DNA of 63,272 nt, counting the filler, from Octopus bimaculoides (Eukaryota): the NCBI RefSeq assembly GCF_001194135.2. It is 9 parts of 7 records of this genome, joined end to end, with 100 filler letters (N's around TTAATTAATTAA, not from the genome) between each part and the next. Parts side by side here need not be neighbours in the genome. Positions count along the whole stretch, not along the records: positions 61,688 to 63,272 come from NC_069003.1; 8 more parts are not named here. One strand, 5' to 3'. Below are positions 62,476 through 63,272 of the stretch, piece after piece. Both the position numbers and the translations under genes were made by a program. Each line of letters opens with the position of its first letter. Position 1 is the stretch's first letter. The notes under the pieces are model-generated. The model did not search any database. It was not told the DNA's origin and saw only the letters and a list, made by a program, of their open reading frames with translations.

Positions 62476-63145
62476 AAACCACGTTATTTGGGTAAAGATT
62501 TCGCCTTCAAAGTGAAACGGATGGAAAAGTAATTACTTAACGAATACTAAATATAACAATAATAAAGATATTGAAATTTTACATAAGAAATATTTAGACC
62601 TTCAGCATTCAGGTTTCTCTGTCAAATGTAATGCTTATTTATTCACATTGTTCCGAATTAATTACGAATTATCTCAAAGCTTCGAGATGTCGCTGATATG
62701 ATTGCAGAGTAGGCGTGCGAGAGCAGATCTGACCAGATTGAACATAAAACAGGTCAATAACCGGGCAGGATATGACCGCTTTAAATACTAAATATTTTGA
62801 ATTGAATGTCAGAATTGTAGGCGCTGGCACAGTAATGTGCCGGTTCCAGTGTTCAATCATCAGGTTAATAATAATAATAATAATAATTAAAAAATTAAAA
62901 AAAAACAAAACAAAAACCAAACTCGCTATGGTTAATGCAGTTTGCTTGCTTATCCTCATCTATGGGCATGAACAGTGGCGGCTCGTATATAGGCCCTGCG
63001 CAACTGCAGCACCCCCTATTTCCACTCGATATTATCAATAACATTCAATATAATGAGTCCTGTTTTTCTTTAACTCTTACTTTATACAGTTCTATATTTA
63101 AGAGATGAGGAATTATGTACATTACTTACATTATTTACATTCGAC

Positions 63146-63272
63146 GGGCATATGGCGTAGTGGTTAAGAGCGCGAGCTACTAACCCCAAGATTCCGAGTT
63201 CGATTCCAGGCAGTGACCTGAATAATAATAAAATTATTATTAATAATAATAATAACAACAAAATAATAATAA
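63146..63272 (+). mobile_element. tRNA-derived SINE head (not a functional tRNA) followed by (AAT)n
   Basis: A box TGGCGTAGTGG (63153), B box GAGTTCGATTCC (63196), anticodon-loop-like CTACTAA. Acceptor stem does not pair. Preceded by an inverted copy of the PLE-type tail seen at 13789-13810. Confidence 0.75.

Noticed and set aside
63146-63218. Functional tRNA gene with ACT anticodon
   Set aside because: Acceptor stem does not pair and it runs into (AAT)n; it is a SINE head.

Overview
Eukaryotic, repeat-rich animal DNA, most likely an octopus (inferred from the SINE families and the very high microsatellite density). It is not one locus. Eight identical 100-nt spacers (44 N + TTAATTAATTAA + 44 N) join nine unlinked short scaffolds: 1-7553, 7654-20828, 20929-28590, 28691-35546, 35647-42973, 43074-47666, 47767-52352, 52453-61587 and 61688-63272. 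The only confident host coding sequence is one 95-nt exon of TBPL1 (TRF2/TLF; 4540-4634, minus strand). The rest is mobile and repetitive DNA: two decayed RTE LINEs with a PHD finger behind the RT, many tRNA-derived SINEs (including dimers and a TSD-flanked trimer), a mariner MITE, a near-complete intron-containing Helitron plus a second Helitron fragment, several Penelope-like element (PLE) remnants, and a 7.3-kb ACGA/ACGT satellite with higher-order, partly inverted organisation. The most interesting signal is a set of unrelated minimal hammerhead-ribozyme-like motifs in PLE-type termini. One has an intact core (17451-17544). A two-copy family shares a non-canonical core (CUGUUGA). One family appears to be linked to a tRNA-derived SINE head. 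All folds were paired by eye and none was computed. Almost all ORFs in the supplied track are microsatellite or gap artefacts.
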